Below are positions 19,368 through 28,407 of a stretch of 42,724 nucleotides of DNA, piece after piece. A program made the position numbers and the translations under genes. The notes under the pieces are model-generated. The model saw only the letters and a program-made list of their open reading frames with translations, made no database searches and was not told where the DNA came from. The stretch covers positions 1-42,724 of the forward strand of contig CAZSCD010000012.1 of the NCBI GenBank assembly GCA_964605345.1, read 5' to 3'. This DNA comes from an uncultured Dehalococcoidia bacterium (GTDB taxonomy: Bacteria > Chloroflexota > Dehalococcoidia > Lucifugimonadales > CAZSCD01). Position 1 is the first letter of the stretch; each line of letters opens with the position of its first letter.

Positions 19368-20394
19368 CCATATCTCTAATCTGAGCGACAGTTAACCAAT
19401 CTGTATTGTTATCACTTCCATAACTAAACCCATCAGGTAATTCCTTGCCTTCATTCCCTTTAGGATTTTTCCAATTGATAACATTTTCAGGAGGTTTAAC
19501 AATAAACATGTCAGGAAACTCTAAAGTATTCCTAGATTCATCTGGGGACACAAGTAATTCATGTATTTTCTCGCCTGGTCTTATACCAGTTATTTTGATA
19601 TCACATCCAGGTGCAAGCGCTTCTGCTAAATCAGTAACGCTCATGCTAGGTATTTTGGGGATAAAAATCTCTCCTCCTTGCATATTCTGTAAAGACCTGA
19701 TGACAAAATCAACTCCTTGGTCAAGTGTTATCCAAAACCGAGTCATTCTTCTATCAGTTATAGTAATAACTCCAGTAGACTTCTGATGCATAAACAACTG
19801 AACCACACTACCTCTGCTAGCAAAAACATTCCCATAGCGCGCACAACTAAATATAGTAGGATTATATCCAGAATATATGTTGCCTTGAACAAAAAGTTTC
19901 TCAGCACATAATTTAGTAGCACCATATAAATTTATGGGACTAACAGCTTTATCAGTACTTACAGCAATTACTCTTTTTACTCCTCTGTCAATAGCAGCAT
20001 CAATAACATTAACGGCGCCTATTATATTTGTCTTAACAGCCTCAAATGGATTGTATTCACATGCAGGCACTTGCTTCAACGCCGCAGCATGTATAACAGC
20101 ATCAACTCCGTCCATAGCCCTATAAAGCCTTTCTTTATCTCTTACATCACCAATGAAAAAACGTATGGCAGGATGATTGATTTGTTGGCTCATCTCATAT
20201 TGTTTAAGTTCATCTCTACTAAAAACCACTAACCTGTCCGGCGGTCCTTTTCTAATCAGTGCTTCTACGCATTTCTTTCCAAAGGAACCTGTGCCACCAG
20301 TGATCAATATATTCTTACCCTTAATTCCAAAATCAGTCACTATTTCACTCCCTATAATATCTTCAAGTCCATTTGTCCAAGATGCAACAGGCAA
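19360..20394 (-). CDS. pseB: UDP-N-acetylglucosamine 4,6-dehydratase (inverting), PseB/FlaA1-like
   Basis: 344 aa. ILITGGTGSFGKK, FFIGDVRDKERL, HAAALKQVP, YGATKLCAEKL, RYGNVFASRGSV, RMTRFWITL and GIRPGEKIHE motifs. Ends in TAG. Confidence 0.85.
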   Translation of the reverse strand: MPVASWTNGLEDIIGSEIVTDFGIKGKNILITGGTGSFGKKCVEALIRKGPPDRLVVFSRDELKQYEMSQQINHPAIRFFIGDVRDKERLYRAMDGVDAVIHAAALKQVPACEYNPFEAVKTNIIGAVNVIDAAIDRGVKRVIAVSTDKAVSPINLYGATKLCAEKLFVQGNIYSGYNPTIFSCARYGNVFASRGSVVQLFMHQKSTGVITITDRRMTRFWITLDQGVDFVIRSLQNMQGGEIFIPKIPSMSVTDLAEALAPGCDIKITGIRPGEKIHELLVSPDESRNTLEFPDMFIVKPPENVINWKNPKGNEGKELPDGFSYGSDNNTDWLTVAQIRDMVG

Positions 20395-20397
20395 CTT

Positions 20398-20940
20398 TTA
20401 ACCAGTAACACGTTTGTATACCTCTTCCTTGTCACCTCGAAGATCTAAGATCCATTCTACGGCTTCTCTAACCGCTCCATATCCCCCACTTGCGTCAGTT
20501 ACATACACACTGCAATCTTTTATTATATCTGTCGCATTTCTAACTGATATAGGTATTCCAACAGATTTCATAATAGACATATCCTGAAGATCATCACCTA
20601 TAAAAGAAACTTCCGATGCATTGATATCATATTTATCAATCAATGGCTTCAAAACATCATGCTTACAATCAACTTCTTGAAAAACTTCAGTAATATCCAA
20701 CTCATGAGCCCGACGTTCAACTATCTTAGAATACCTTGAAGTAACTATTGCGACAGTTAAGCCAGCAGCTTGAGCCAATTTGATACCCATGCCATCTTTT
20801 ACATCAAATCGCTTTGCTTCCCCATCGCCATCAATCAGGACTATGCCTCCATCAGTTAAAACTCCATCCACATCAAGCAAAACCATCCGTAATTTTTTGG
20901 CTAATCCTACAAGTTCCTGAGGTATATGTTTGTAATTCAC
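20398..20940 (-). CDS. kdsC: 3-deoxy-D-manno-octulosonate 8-phosphate phosphatase (HAD-IIIA)
   Basis: 180 aa. LLDVDGVLTDG, DVKDGMGIKL and FIGDDLQD motifs. Confidence 0.82.
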   Translation of the reverse strand: MNYKHIPQELVGLAKKLRMVLLDVDGVLTDGGIVLIDGDGEAKRFDVKDGMGIKLAQAAGLTVAIVTSRYSKIVERRAHELDITEVFQEVDCKHDVLKPLIDKYDINASEVSFIGDDLQDMSIMKSVGIPISVRNATDIIKDCSVYVTDASGGYGAVREAVEWILDLRGDKEEVYKRVTG

Positions 20941-20951
20941 AACTTAACCTA

Positions 20952-21833
20952 TTACTGATGAGTTGAATGTATTCGTAGTGCCATTTCTAAAAGTTTAGGC
21001 ATTTGAGAAAGAGGTACCATCGTAGTACCATCAGATAAAGCTTTTTCCGGCTCAGGATGAGTTTCAACAAACATACCATCCACTCCAACCGCTACTGCGC
21101 CTCTAACATGAGTAGGTATGAATTCAGTCTTTCCACTTGAATATCCTCCTCCTCCTCCCATCTGTTGAACACTGTGAGTTGCATCAAATAAAACAGGATG
21201 CCCAAGTGTTCTCATTATGGTTAAACTGCGCAAATCTACAATTAAATCTCTATATCCAAATGCAGCACCTCTTTCTGTTAATACAACATTTTTACATCCG
21301 GAACTTGTAACCTTTTCCGCTGCATATTTCATGTCTTCAGGAGATAGAAATTGACCTTTTTTAATATTTACAATTTTGGCAAATTTACCACACTCATACA
21401 ATAAATCAGTCTGGCGACATAGAAAGGCGGGAATCTGCACAACATCAGCAACTTTTGATACATCTTTAACCTGTTCAACTTCATGTACATCAGTCAACAC
21501 AGGCACGCCAATTTGATTTTTTATTTTGGCTAACACTTCAAGTCCTCGATCCATACCAAAGCCACGAAATGAATTCAGAGAAGTTCGATTGGCCTTATCA
21601 AAGGAAGCTTTAAAAACGTAAGATATACCTAATTTAGTGCACATATCAGATAGATATTCAGCCACATTAAGACATAGAGCCTCTGATTCTATTGCACATG
21701 GACCAGCGATAAGAGATAAGGACCCGTCTCCAATTCTTACATTGCCAATTTCAACCGGTGATTCAAGAGGTTGAAACGGCTGAAATGCTTCATCCCACTG
21801 ATTATACTTTTCGACATTCACTTTATATACCAT
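20952..21833 (-). CDS. kdsA: 2-dehydro-3-deoxyphosphooctonate aldolase (Kdo-8-P synthase)
   Basis: 293 aa. LIAGPCAIES, FKASFDKANRTS, IPAFLCRQTDL and DATHSVQ motifs. Confidence 0.9.
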   Translation of the reverse strand: MVYKVNVEKYNQWDEAFQPFQPLESPVEIGNVRIGDGSLSLIAGPCAIESEALCLNVAEYLSDMCTKLGISYVFKASFDKANRTSLNSFRGFGMDRGLEVLAKIKNQIGVPVLTDVHEVEQVKDVSKVADVVQIPAFLCRQTDLLYECGKFAKIVNIKKGQFLSPEDMKYAAEKVTSSGCKNVVLTERGAAFGYRDLIVDLRSLTIMRTLGHPVLFDATHSVQQMGGGGGYSSGKTEFIPTHVRGAVAVGVDGMFVETHPEPEKALSDGTTMVPLSQMPKLLEMALRIHSTHQ

Positions 21834-21882
21834 TACTCCTAAAATCCTTTAGATTAACGTTGTTTGAAATACTCGTGAACAT

Positions 21883-22632
21883 TTATTTTTTTATCATATT
21901 TTCCAATCTGTCCTTAGCGATTTGTAAATCGGCCGGCACATCCACTCCACAAGGGCTATAATCAATTTCAACCGTAAGAATGCGTTTGCCATTCTCTAAA
22001 AATCTAAGTTGCTCTAAGTTTTCTACTTTACCCAAAATAGCCTTAGGCAAGCTGTTATATTCTACCAAGACGTTACGTCGGTATGCATACACACCCATAT
22101 GAACCCAAAATGGCACCTCAGACACGTATCGATCATTAGGAATACCAGGCACGTAAGGAATCATATTACGCGAAAAATATAACGCATATCCATTGAAATC
22201 TCGCACCACCTTAACCACATTAAAATCCTCCAAGTCTTCTACACGATTAATCCTACTGATTGGTGTAACCATATCGGCAGCACTTGTTTCTAAGGTTTTT
22301 ATCATAGTATCAATAACATCACCTCTAATAAGAGGTTCATCACCCTGAACATTTACGATAATATCGGCATTCAGTTGGTCAATAACCGATATTATACGTT
22401 CTGTACCTGATGAACATTGTCTTGAAGTCATTATGACGTCAGCACCCCAGGAAGATGCTATTTCGTATACTTCTTCACTATCAACGAGAATTAAAATCCT
22501 GTCCACTAACTTAGCCCGTAAAACACCTTGATAAACATGCCACAACATCGGCTTCCCATGAATGTCAGCAAGGATTTTCCTGGGGAATCTAGTTGACTCC
22601 AATCTTGCAGGTATAGCAACTACAGTCGTAAT
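21883..22632 (-). CDS. kdsB: 3-deoxy-manno-octulosonate cytidylyltransferase (CMP-Kdo synthetase); start proposed at ATT 22630-22632
   Basis: SGTERI, VNVQGDEPLI and YALYFSR motifs. The ORF-track TTG start (22602) removes the conserved VVAIPAR N-terminal motif, which is encoded in frame just upstream. AGGAGG lies 6-7 nt before the ATT. See findings. Confidence 0.85.
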   Translation of the reverse strand: MTTVVAIPARLESTRFPRKILADIHGKPMLWHVYQGVLRAKLVDRILILVDSEEVYEIASSWGADVIMTSRQCSSGTERIISVIDQLNADIIVNVQGDEPLIRGDVIDTMIKTLETSAADMVTPISRINRVEDLEDFNVVKVVRDFNGYALYFSRNMIPYVPGIPNDRYVSEVPFWVHMGVYAYRRNVLVEYNSLPKAILGKVENLEQLRFLENGKRILTVEIDYSPCGVDVPADLQIAKDRLENMIKK

Positions 22633-22717
22633 TTCAATTCCTCCTATAATATCGAAATGAACCTAATCTAAAAACCTCGAAGAATACGTTAGATTGCATT
22701 CATTAACCAAACATTAC

Positions 22718-23956
22718 CTAATTCTTATTCGAGACATTATCCATGAACTTAATCATATTTCCGGGCAAATCTCTGTCAATCCACTTCTTTACAATATCTC
22801 TTGACTTCTGTTTCATTTTTAATTTGGATTCATCAGGTAAACTGACAAATTTATTTATTGCCTGAACTAATTCCAGTACATTTTCAGATTCAAAGTAGTA
22901 ACCATTTTCGCCTTCAACCAAAAGATCTTCCGCAGCTCCAACAGATCTGGAAACTATAACCGGCAGTCCAAAACACAAAGCTTCATTTATGACTATACCC
23001 CAGGACTCTCGTAACGAAGGCAACACCAAAACATCAGGAATAACATATGACTTGTAAATTTCCGACCTAGATTGAAACCCAAGGAAACGTACCGATTCTA
23101 TATTATGTCTAATTACATAATCCTTTAAATCCTTAGTCATTTGTCCATCTCCAATTAAAACCAAAGATTTGTGCGGCAAATCCAATTGCTCATAAGCCTT
23201 TAGCAAGGTAAATACTCCCTTTTCATAGCTCATACGGCCAATATAGGAGATCACAAACTCATTTTGTTTGATACCTAAAGATTTTCTAATTTCTTTTCTT
23301 TCGGCTATCAATTCATCATATATATCGAACATTGGACGATATCCCCACGAGAATGCAAAATCAACTAATTTATGTTCAGCCACGCCATAATGTTTATACA
23401 AATTCTTGTTTTGTGTGCCTGAACACAAAAACCCTGTTACTCTTGGGAAAAGCAATTTGCCTAACAAAAACTTCTTTAAAATCAATTTCCACTTAGACTT
23501 TGACAACTCTGGAAACATGTTTTGGTCAGTCATCAAAAACACTGGAATTTTGAAAACTAAACCAGCTAAAGCAGCCATCCACCACGTTGGATTAGTCCAA
23601 CTTTGTAATATAATAGCGTCAGGCTTATAATTTTTAATCTCGTTCCATATACCTAGATTCAGCAACCCAATTGGCCACTTCATATAAGATGGTATCGGCG
23701 AATAATTTCTGATAAATTTATAGTCATACCCCTTCAGGAGATCTGACTCAACACCCCAATTATCGCTAGTCTTGTACATCTTTTTGATATCAATAGAACG
23801 TAAGGCTTCATCAGAACAATATAACACTATCAAATCAATACCTTGATTATCTTGAAGTGATTGAAACAGCGGAGTTTGGTAGTAAAAACAAGTAGGAGCA
23901 ATTATCATTACTTTATACGGTTTACGTACGTTTGACTTAGAAACTGAATTAGTCAT
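22718..23956 (-). CDS. glycosyltransferase, GT4 family
   Basis: 412 aa. LPSLRESWGIVINEALCFGLPVIVSRSVGAAEDL. Confidence 0.82.
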   Translation of the reverse strand: MTNSVSKSNVRKPYKVMIIAPTCFYYQTPLFQSLQDNQGIDLIVLYCSDEALRSIDIKKMYKTSDNWGVESDLLKGYDYKFIRNYSPIPSYMKWPIGLLNLGIWNEIKNYKPDAIILQSWTNPTWWMAALAGLVFKIPVFLMTDQNMFPELSKSKWKLILKKFLLGKLLFPRVTGFLCSGTQNKNLYKHYGVAEHKLVDFAFSWGYRPMFDIYDELIAERKEIRKSLGIKQNEFVISYIGRMSYEKGVFTLLKAYEQLDLPHKSLVLIGDGQMTKDLKDYVIRHNIESVRFLGFQSRSEIYKSYVIPDVLVLPSLRESWGIVINEALCFGLPVIVSRSVGAAEDLLVEGENGYYFESENVLELVQAINKFVSLPDESKLKMKQKSRDIVKKWIDRDLPGNMIKFMDNVSNKN

Positions 23957-24665
23957 AGGTTTTCTTGACCACTAACTCCCAACAGTAGTATCCAGGTATA
24001 GGAAGTTTTATGTTTCTAAGGCTTTTGAGTATCCCACTACTATAAACGTCTCTATTAACCCCGATTCGTCTCATAACAAAGTCTACAATTGACCTGTATT
24101 CTAAGGATTTACTACTCACTACAAATTCCAATTCGGCACGACTAAAAACGTCCAATAACTGTTCATCATCCGTATATTCTCTCAAATGTGTAGGATCTAT
24201 AACCCATTTACCCTGGCAACGATAAAAATACCACCCATACCATTTCTTGAATATAGTTGATATATAAGCTATACCTCCAGGTTTCAAAAGTCTGTAAACT
24301 TCACGGACTAGATTTTCATCGTCATCAACATGCTCTATCACCTGTGTAGAAATCACAAAATCCATACTGGAATCTGGAAATTGCGTGCTACATGCGTCTC
24401 CCACATAGCACGTGAATTCTGGATTATATTGTCTAACCAAATCAATTCTGTTTTCTGACAAATCAACCGCATTAACAGACTTACCTTGCAAGTAACCTTG
24501 ATTCTTCAATGCGTCCAACAAAGCGCCATCTCCACAACCTAAATCAAGCAAAGTGGTCCATTTTACGCTGGTTAGAAATGATGAGAGTATTTCCGGAATG
24601 ACTCCATCATAAAACTGGAATCGCTGTGAATAGTCTTCTATGTCCATGTAATTTCCATTATCCAA
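23949..24665 (-). CDS. class I SAM-dependent methyltransferase
   Basis: 238 aa. LLDLGCGDGALLDAL, VISTQVIEHV and LKPGG motifs. Confidence 0.82.
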   Translation of the reverse strand: MDNGNYMDIEDYSQRFQFYDGVIPEILSSFLTSVKWTTLLDLGCGDGALLDALKNQGYLQGKSVNAVDLSENRIDLVRQYNPEFTCYVGDACSTQFPDSSMDFVISTQVIEHVDDDENLVREVYRLLKPGGIAYISTIFKKWYGWYFYRCQGKWVIDPTHLREYTDDEQLLDVFSRAELEFVVSSKSLEYRSIVDFVMRRIGVNRDVYSSGILKSLRNIKLPIPGYYCWELVVKKTYD

Positions 24666-24709
24666 TATTAAATTTTAGTATGCAGGCAAATTATAAGATT
24701 GACCACTAA

Positions 24710-25879
24710 TTACTTGGCATCTAATGCTTCATAAACAGATTTTTTAATCATATGACAGAAATTCTGTACAGAGAATCTCTTGCCTTTAGTTTCAAGGCAC
24801 TCTATTAGTTCCATTTCTGATCCTGAACTGTTCAATGTTTCGATTATTTTCCCTACAGCATCATGAACATCTTTGAATATTAATTCTGGCATATCTACAA
24901 TTTCTCTTTGGCCTCCTGTATCAGACACAAAAACGATACATCCAGATTGAACCATTTCGGCAACCGCCATTCCAAATGGCTCACCCGTAGCAGCACTTAT
25001 GCCATATTTGTATTCATTCATACGTTTAACAAGTTCATCTTTCCCCAAAACCCCTTCTATTGACAACCAATAGGAATTCTCTCCACTTAACTGTCTGATT
25101 TTTTTCAAATACTCGTGATTATCTGTTCTTCCCACAACGTGAAGAGTTACATGAAACCCTTTGCTACGTACAATCTTGATTATCTCAACAACTCTTTCGA
25201 TTTGTTTTTCAGGAGATATCCTAGCAACACATAAAAATCCCTCAGTCCTACTATGCCATGATGTTGCACGAGAAGAAGATTGTACTGGAGGATAAACCAC
25301 TTTGTAATCGGTTATAGAATATATCTCGTCAATTAACCTTCCTAGCCATTCAGACGCAACCAAAGTGATATTGTTTTTCACACGACTAGGTGAATAGTTG
25401 GATATTAACTCACATACACGCATGAAAGATTTTTTCAAGAGATAATACCCAACTGATGTCTCTATTCCTTTTCTGAGAATTTTGACCAAATTCGAACCAG
25501 GAGATAAAGCAAAATACTGTATAGTTTTAGACTCAAAATCCATCGCACCTCCAATGCTAATAAACAAATCGAAATGTTCATTTATCGATTTGCAATAACG
25601 CATCATCAAGTGGTCTTTTAAAACCGTGAATCTCGAAGTGTATCTAAGAATCAACGGTACTTTAATATGCCTTAGAGAGAATTGGTTTTCTCGAATATCA
25701 GTACCGTAAAACCGATTCAGTTCATGAGCTTTAACATCCGTGAAAGATATCAAAGTAACGTGGCATTCTAATTTAAGAGCTTCAATCGTCCAGGCGGTAA
25801 TAGCTTCTGTTCCTCCACCATAGACTACAAAAGGCTGAACCACCGCAACTCTAATACGATTTTTGTTCACGATTTTCAT
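24710..25879 (-). CDS. glycosyltransferase, GT4 family
   Basis: 389 aa. VARISPEKQ and GEPFGMAVAEMVQSGCIVFVSDTGG (EX7E) motifs. Confidence 0.8.
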   Translation of the reverse strand: MKIVNKNRIRVAVVQPFVVYGGGTEAITAWTIEALKLECHVTLISFTDVKAHELNRFYGTDIRENQFSLRHIKVPLILRYTSRFTVLKDHLMMRYCKSINEHFDLFISIGGAMDFESKTIQYFALSPGSNLVKILRKGIETSVGYYLLKKSFMRVCELISNYSPSRVKNNITLVASEWLGRLIDEIYSITDYKVVYPPVQSSSRATSWHSRTEGFLCVARISPEKQIERVVEIIKIVRSKGFHVTLHVVGRTDNHEYLKKIRQLSGENSYWLSIEGVLGKDELVKRMNEYKYGISAATGEPFGMAVAEMVQSGCIVFVSDTGGQREIVDMPELIFKDVHDAVGKIIETLNSSGSEMELIECLETKGKRFSVQNFCHMIKKSVYEALDAK

Positions 25880-25971
25880 AATACAAACAAATCAATCGCA
25901 GTATAGGTCTAAATTATTTAACATGCCCCTATTAATGAAAAATATCCGACCAAACCAATCATCATTCACTT

Positions 25972-27207
25972 TTACACACCAATCATAGACTTTATAGTCG
26001 GAACAATAATCTCTGGACTATTTTGATCATAAACACTCAATTTAGATTCTATTTCATTCAATATGTTCCAAGGGAAAACAACAATGCAATCAGTTAAGTT
26101 GTCTCCCAGATGATCTGCAGAGACGATTGGGATACGACTACCTGGAGCCCAGTTACCTTGTTTCAAAGGGTTATCATCTACAATGAACTCTATCTGGCTT
26201 GATGTTATTCCGCAATAATTTAACAACGTGTTAGCCTTTGCTGGAAGTCCATAACCTGAAATTCGCTCTCCAAGTGATTTGTGTTTCATAATTCGATCTG
26301 TGAAAGCAATTTTTAATGCCTTAACTTCATTGGAAAAGTCAAAATATCTATGTTCTTCGTATAACCATTCAGACTCACTAAATAAACGTCTCGAAACTGA
26401 GTTCTCAACTGGCAATTTACCTGAAAATTTCTGGCAAAATATCCTTAAACTACCTCCATGACTGGTTACTTTCTGAACTCTAAACACTTCCATGTTTTTC
26501 TTCTCAAGTAATCTAACTATTGGAGATAAGGCAAAATACGACAGATGTTCATGGTATATGAGATCGAAGGTTTTCTGACGCAGCATTTCTTCCAAATCTG
26601 GAACTTCAATAACAAACACTCCATCTTCGTTTAGTAAAGCTGAAACATCTGAAATAAACGATTGAATATCGTCAGCATGTGCGAACACATTTGTCGCTGT
26701 AATTACGCTCGCTGTTCCTTCTTTGTGGATAATTGACTCTACAGCGGTAGAATTAAATAAAGAGCAAACAGTGTGGATTCCATTCATTTCAGCCTTTTCC
26801 ACTAAATTTTTGGCTGGGTCAACTCCCATAACACGAATGTTTCTAGATTTAATTTGACTGAGCAATAATCCTTCATTACTTCCAATATCTACAATAAGAG
26901 GATTATCGTAAGAATTACAAAATTCCATGAGCTGTTCAGACATATCTTCAAAGTGATTAATCATAGTCTGACTAACTGAAGGCACATAAGCATAGTGACT
27001 AAATAATACAGACGGATCAACAACGTGTCTTAGCTGCACAAGACTACAAGTTAAACATCGAATCACTTCAAGTGGATATCTTTCGACACATTGCTCTTCA
27101 TATGCCAAAAGATTATTAGCTAAAGGTTGATCTCCAAGTGACAAGAACGGAGCGGGTAATTTTTCTTCACATACCCTACAATTAAAACGTTCTAGAACAT
27201 TCAACAT
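25972..27207 (-). CDS. NDP-hexose C-methyltransferase-type enzyme (paralogue of 11840-13093)
   Basis: 411 aa. CRVCEEKLPAPFLSLGDQPLANNL, IVDIGSNEG and YHEHLSYF motifs. Same three-domain layout as 11840-13093. Confidence 0.75.
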   Translation of the reverse strand: MLNVLERFNCRVCEEKLPAPFLSLGDQPLANNLLAYEEQCVERYPLEVIRCLTCSLVQLRHVVDPSVLFSHYAYVPSVSQTMINHFEDMSEQLMEFCNSYDNPLIVDIGSNEGLLLSQIKSRNIRVMGVDPAKNLVEKAEMNGIHTVCSLFNSTAVESIIHKEGTASVITATNVFAHADDIQSFISDVSALLNEDGVFVIEVPDLEEMLRQKTFDLIYHEHLSYFALSPIVRLLEKKNMEVFRVQKVTSHGGSLRIFCQKFSGKLPVENSVSRRLFSESEWLYEEHRYFDFSNEVKALKIAFTDRIMKHKSLGERISGYGLPAKANTLLNYCGITSSQIEFIVDDNPLKQGNWAPGSRIPIVSADHLGDNLTDCIVVFPWNILNEIESKLSVYDQNSPEIIVPTIKSMIGV

Positions 27208-27910
27208 GTATTATTTTTCCATCTTTTATGAGGATTTCGGATCCATTTGGTAAATCTGGAACACCAGAAATAACATCAGATATAATCCCTGCAACCGTAT
27301 CAACAGACTGTTGTTTATCCGAATCATGGAACAATTCTTCCCGCATAGATGTATTCATTCCAGCCGGACAAACTGTAAGAACTTTTACTCCAGAGCCTGA
27401 AATTTCTTTAGCAACTGCCTGAGCAAAACCAACTAAAGCAAACTTACTTGCAGAATACGCACTTACCCCTGGTACAGCTCGTTTTCCAGCCTGTGAAGAT
27501 ACATAAACAATAGTACCTTGTCCTTTATCAAGCATCAATGGAAGCACTAAACGAGTCGTCCAAACTGATGACATGAAATTATTAACCCAATGGGTTTTAA
27601 ATTGCTCAGAAGAAATGAGCCATGCTTTTTCGAGTTCACCTCCATATCCAACATTATTTACAAGGATATCAATCGTATTATGTTTTTCCAAAACAGCTGA
27701 TACAAGTCTGTCAACTTCTTTTTCTTTAGACACATCGGCTTTTATGAACGTGTGGGACGGATTTTCAATAACAGTACCTGCTGGTAAATGACGTGCACAA
27801 GATACAACAGAACATTTATCGTCAAAAACAAACCTACTCACAAGAGCAGAGCCAAGTCCCTTACTTCCTCCCGTTACAAGAACAACTTTAGATTTAGTTG
27901 ACTTAATCAT
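27182..27910 (-). CDS. classical short-chain dehydrogenase/reductase (probable sugar ketoreductase)
   Basis: 242 aa. VTGGSKGLGSAL, NNVG and YSASKFAL motifs. Confidence 0.8.
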   Translation of the reverse strand: MIKSTKSKVVLVTGGSKGLGSALVSRFVFDDKCSVVSCARHLPAGTVIENPSHTFIKADVSKEKEVDRLVSAVLEKHNTIDILVNNVGYGGELEKAWLISSEQFKTHWVNNFMSSVWTTRLVLPLMLDKGQGTIVYVSSQAGKRAVPGVSAYSASKFALVGFAQAVAKEISGSGVKVLTVCPAGMNTSMREELFHDSDKQQSVDTVAGIISDVISGVPDLPNGSEILIKDGKIIHVECSRTF

Positions 27911-28328
27911 GCTCTACAACCTGAAACTTTATAGTATGTTCTTCATACCTATCCGATTCCCTTGAATCAATAGTCATAACAACACACGTAGTATCTTCCA
28001 AATATCTATTAGCATGAGCCACCATAGGAGGCGTATAAACTAAATCTCCTGCACCAAAAACGCTAATAGTGGTCGGAGGCGTGGGATTTATATTTAAATC
28101 ACAACTTAAACTTTCAAAGCTGCCAGACAACACATACATATATTGTTCGTCCTTCGGGTGGTAATGATTCCCTCGTATAGACCCTGCCTTAGAAGTTATC
28201 AAAGCTACATGACTCACTGGCCTATCTAGCACATTAATAATGTCTCCTCGTGCATCACAATAGGCGACTTCTGGATGAGTTCCAGATTCCACCCTAGGTT
28301 TGTTTCCATTCTCATTTGTGTCTTTCAA
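27903..28328 (-). CDS. small cupin-fold protein, NDP-4-keto-6-deoxysugar epimerase/3,4-ketoisomerase-like (RmlC/FdtA-like)
   Basis: 141 aa. GSIRGNHYHPKDEQYMYVLSGSF and PPMVAHAN cupin motifs. It sits between the dehydratase and the SDR. Confidence 0.5.
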   Translation of the reverse strand: MKDTNENGNKPRVESGTHPEVAYCDARGDIINVLDRPVSHVALITSKAGSIRGNHYHPKDEQYMYVLSGSFESLSCDLNINPTPPTTISVFGAGDLVYTPPMVAHANRYLEDTTCVVMTIDSRESDRYEEHTIKFQVVEHD

Positions 28329-28407
28329 AAATACATATCTCCTTAAGAAGCAAAATTTACTGGTTAAACTCCAATATATACTGTCAAATCTAAATATCTA
28401 GATTATT

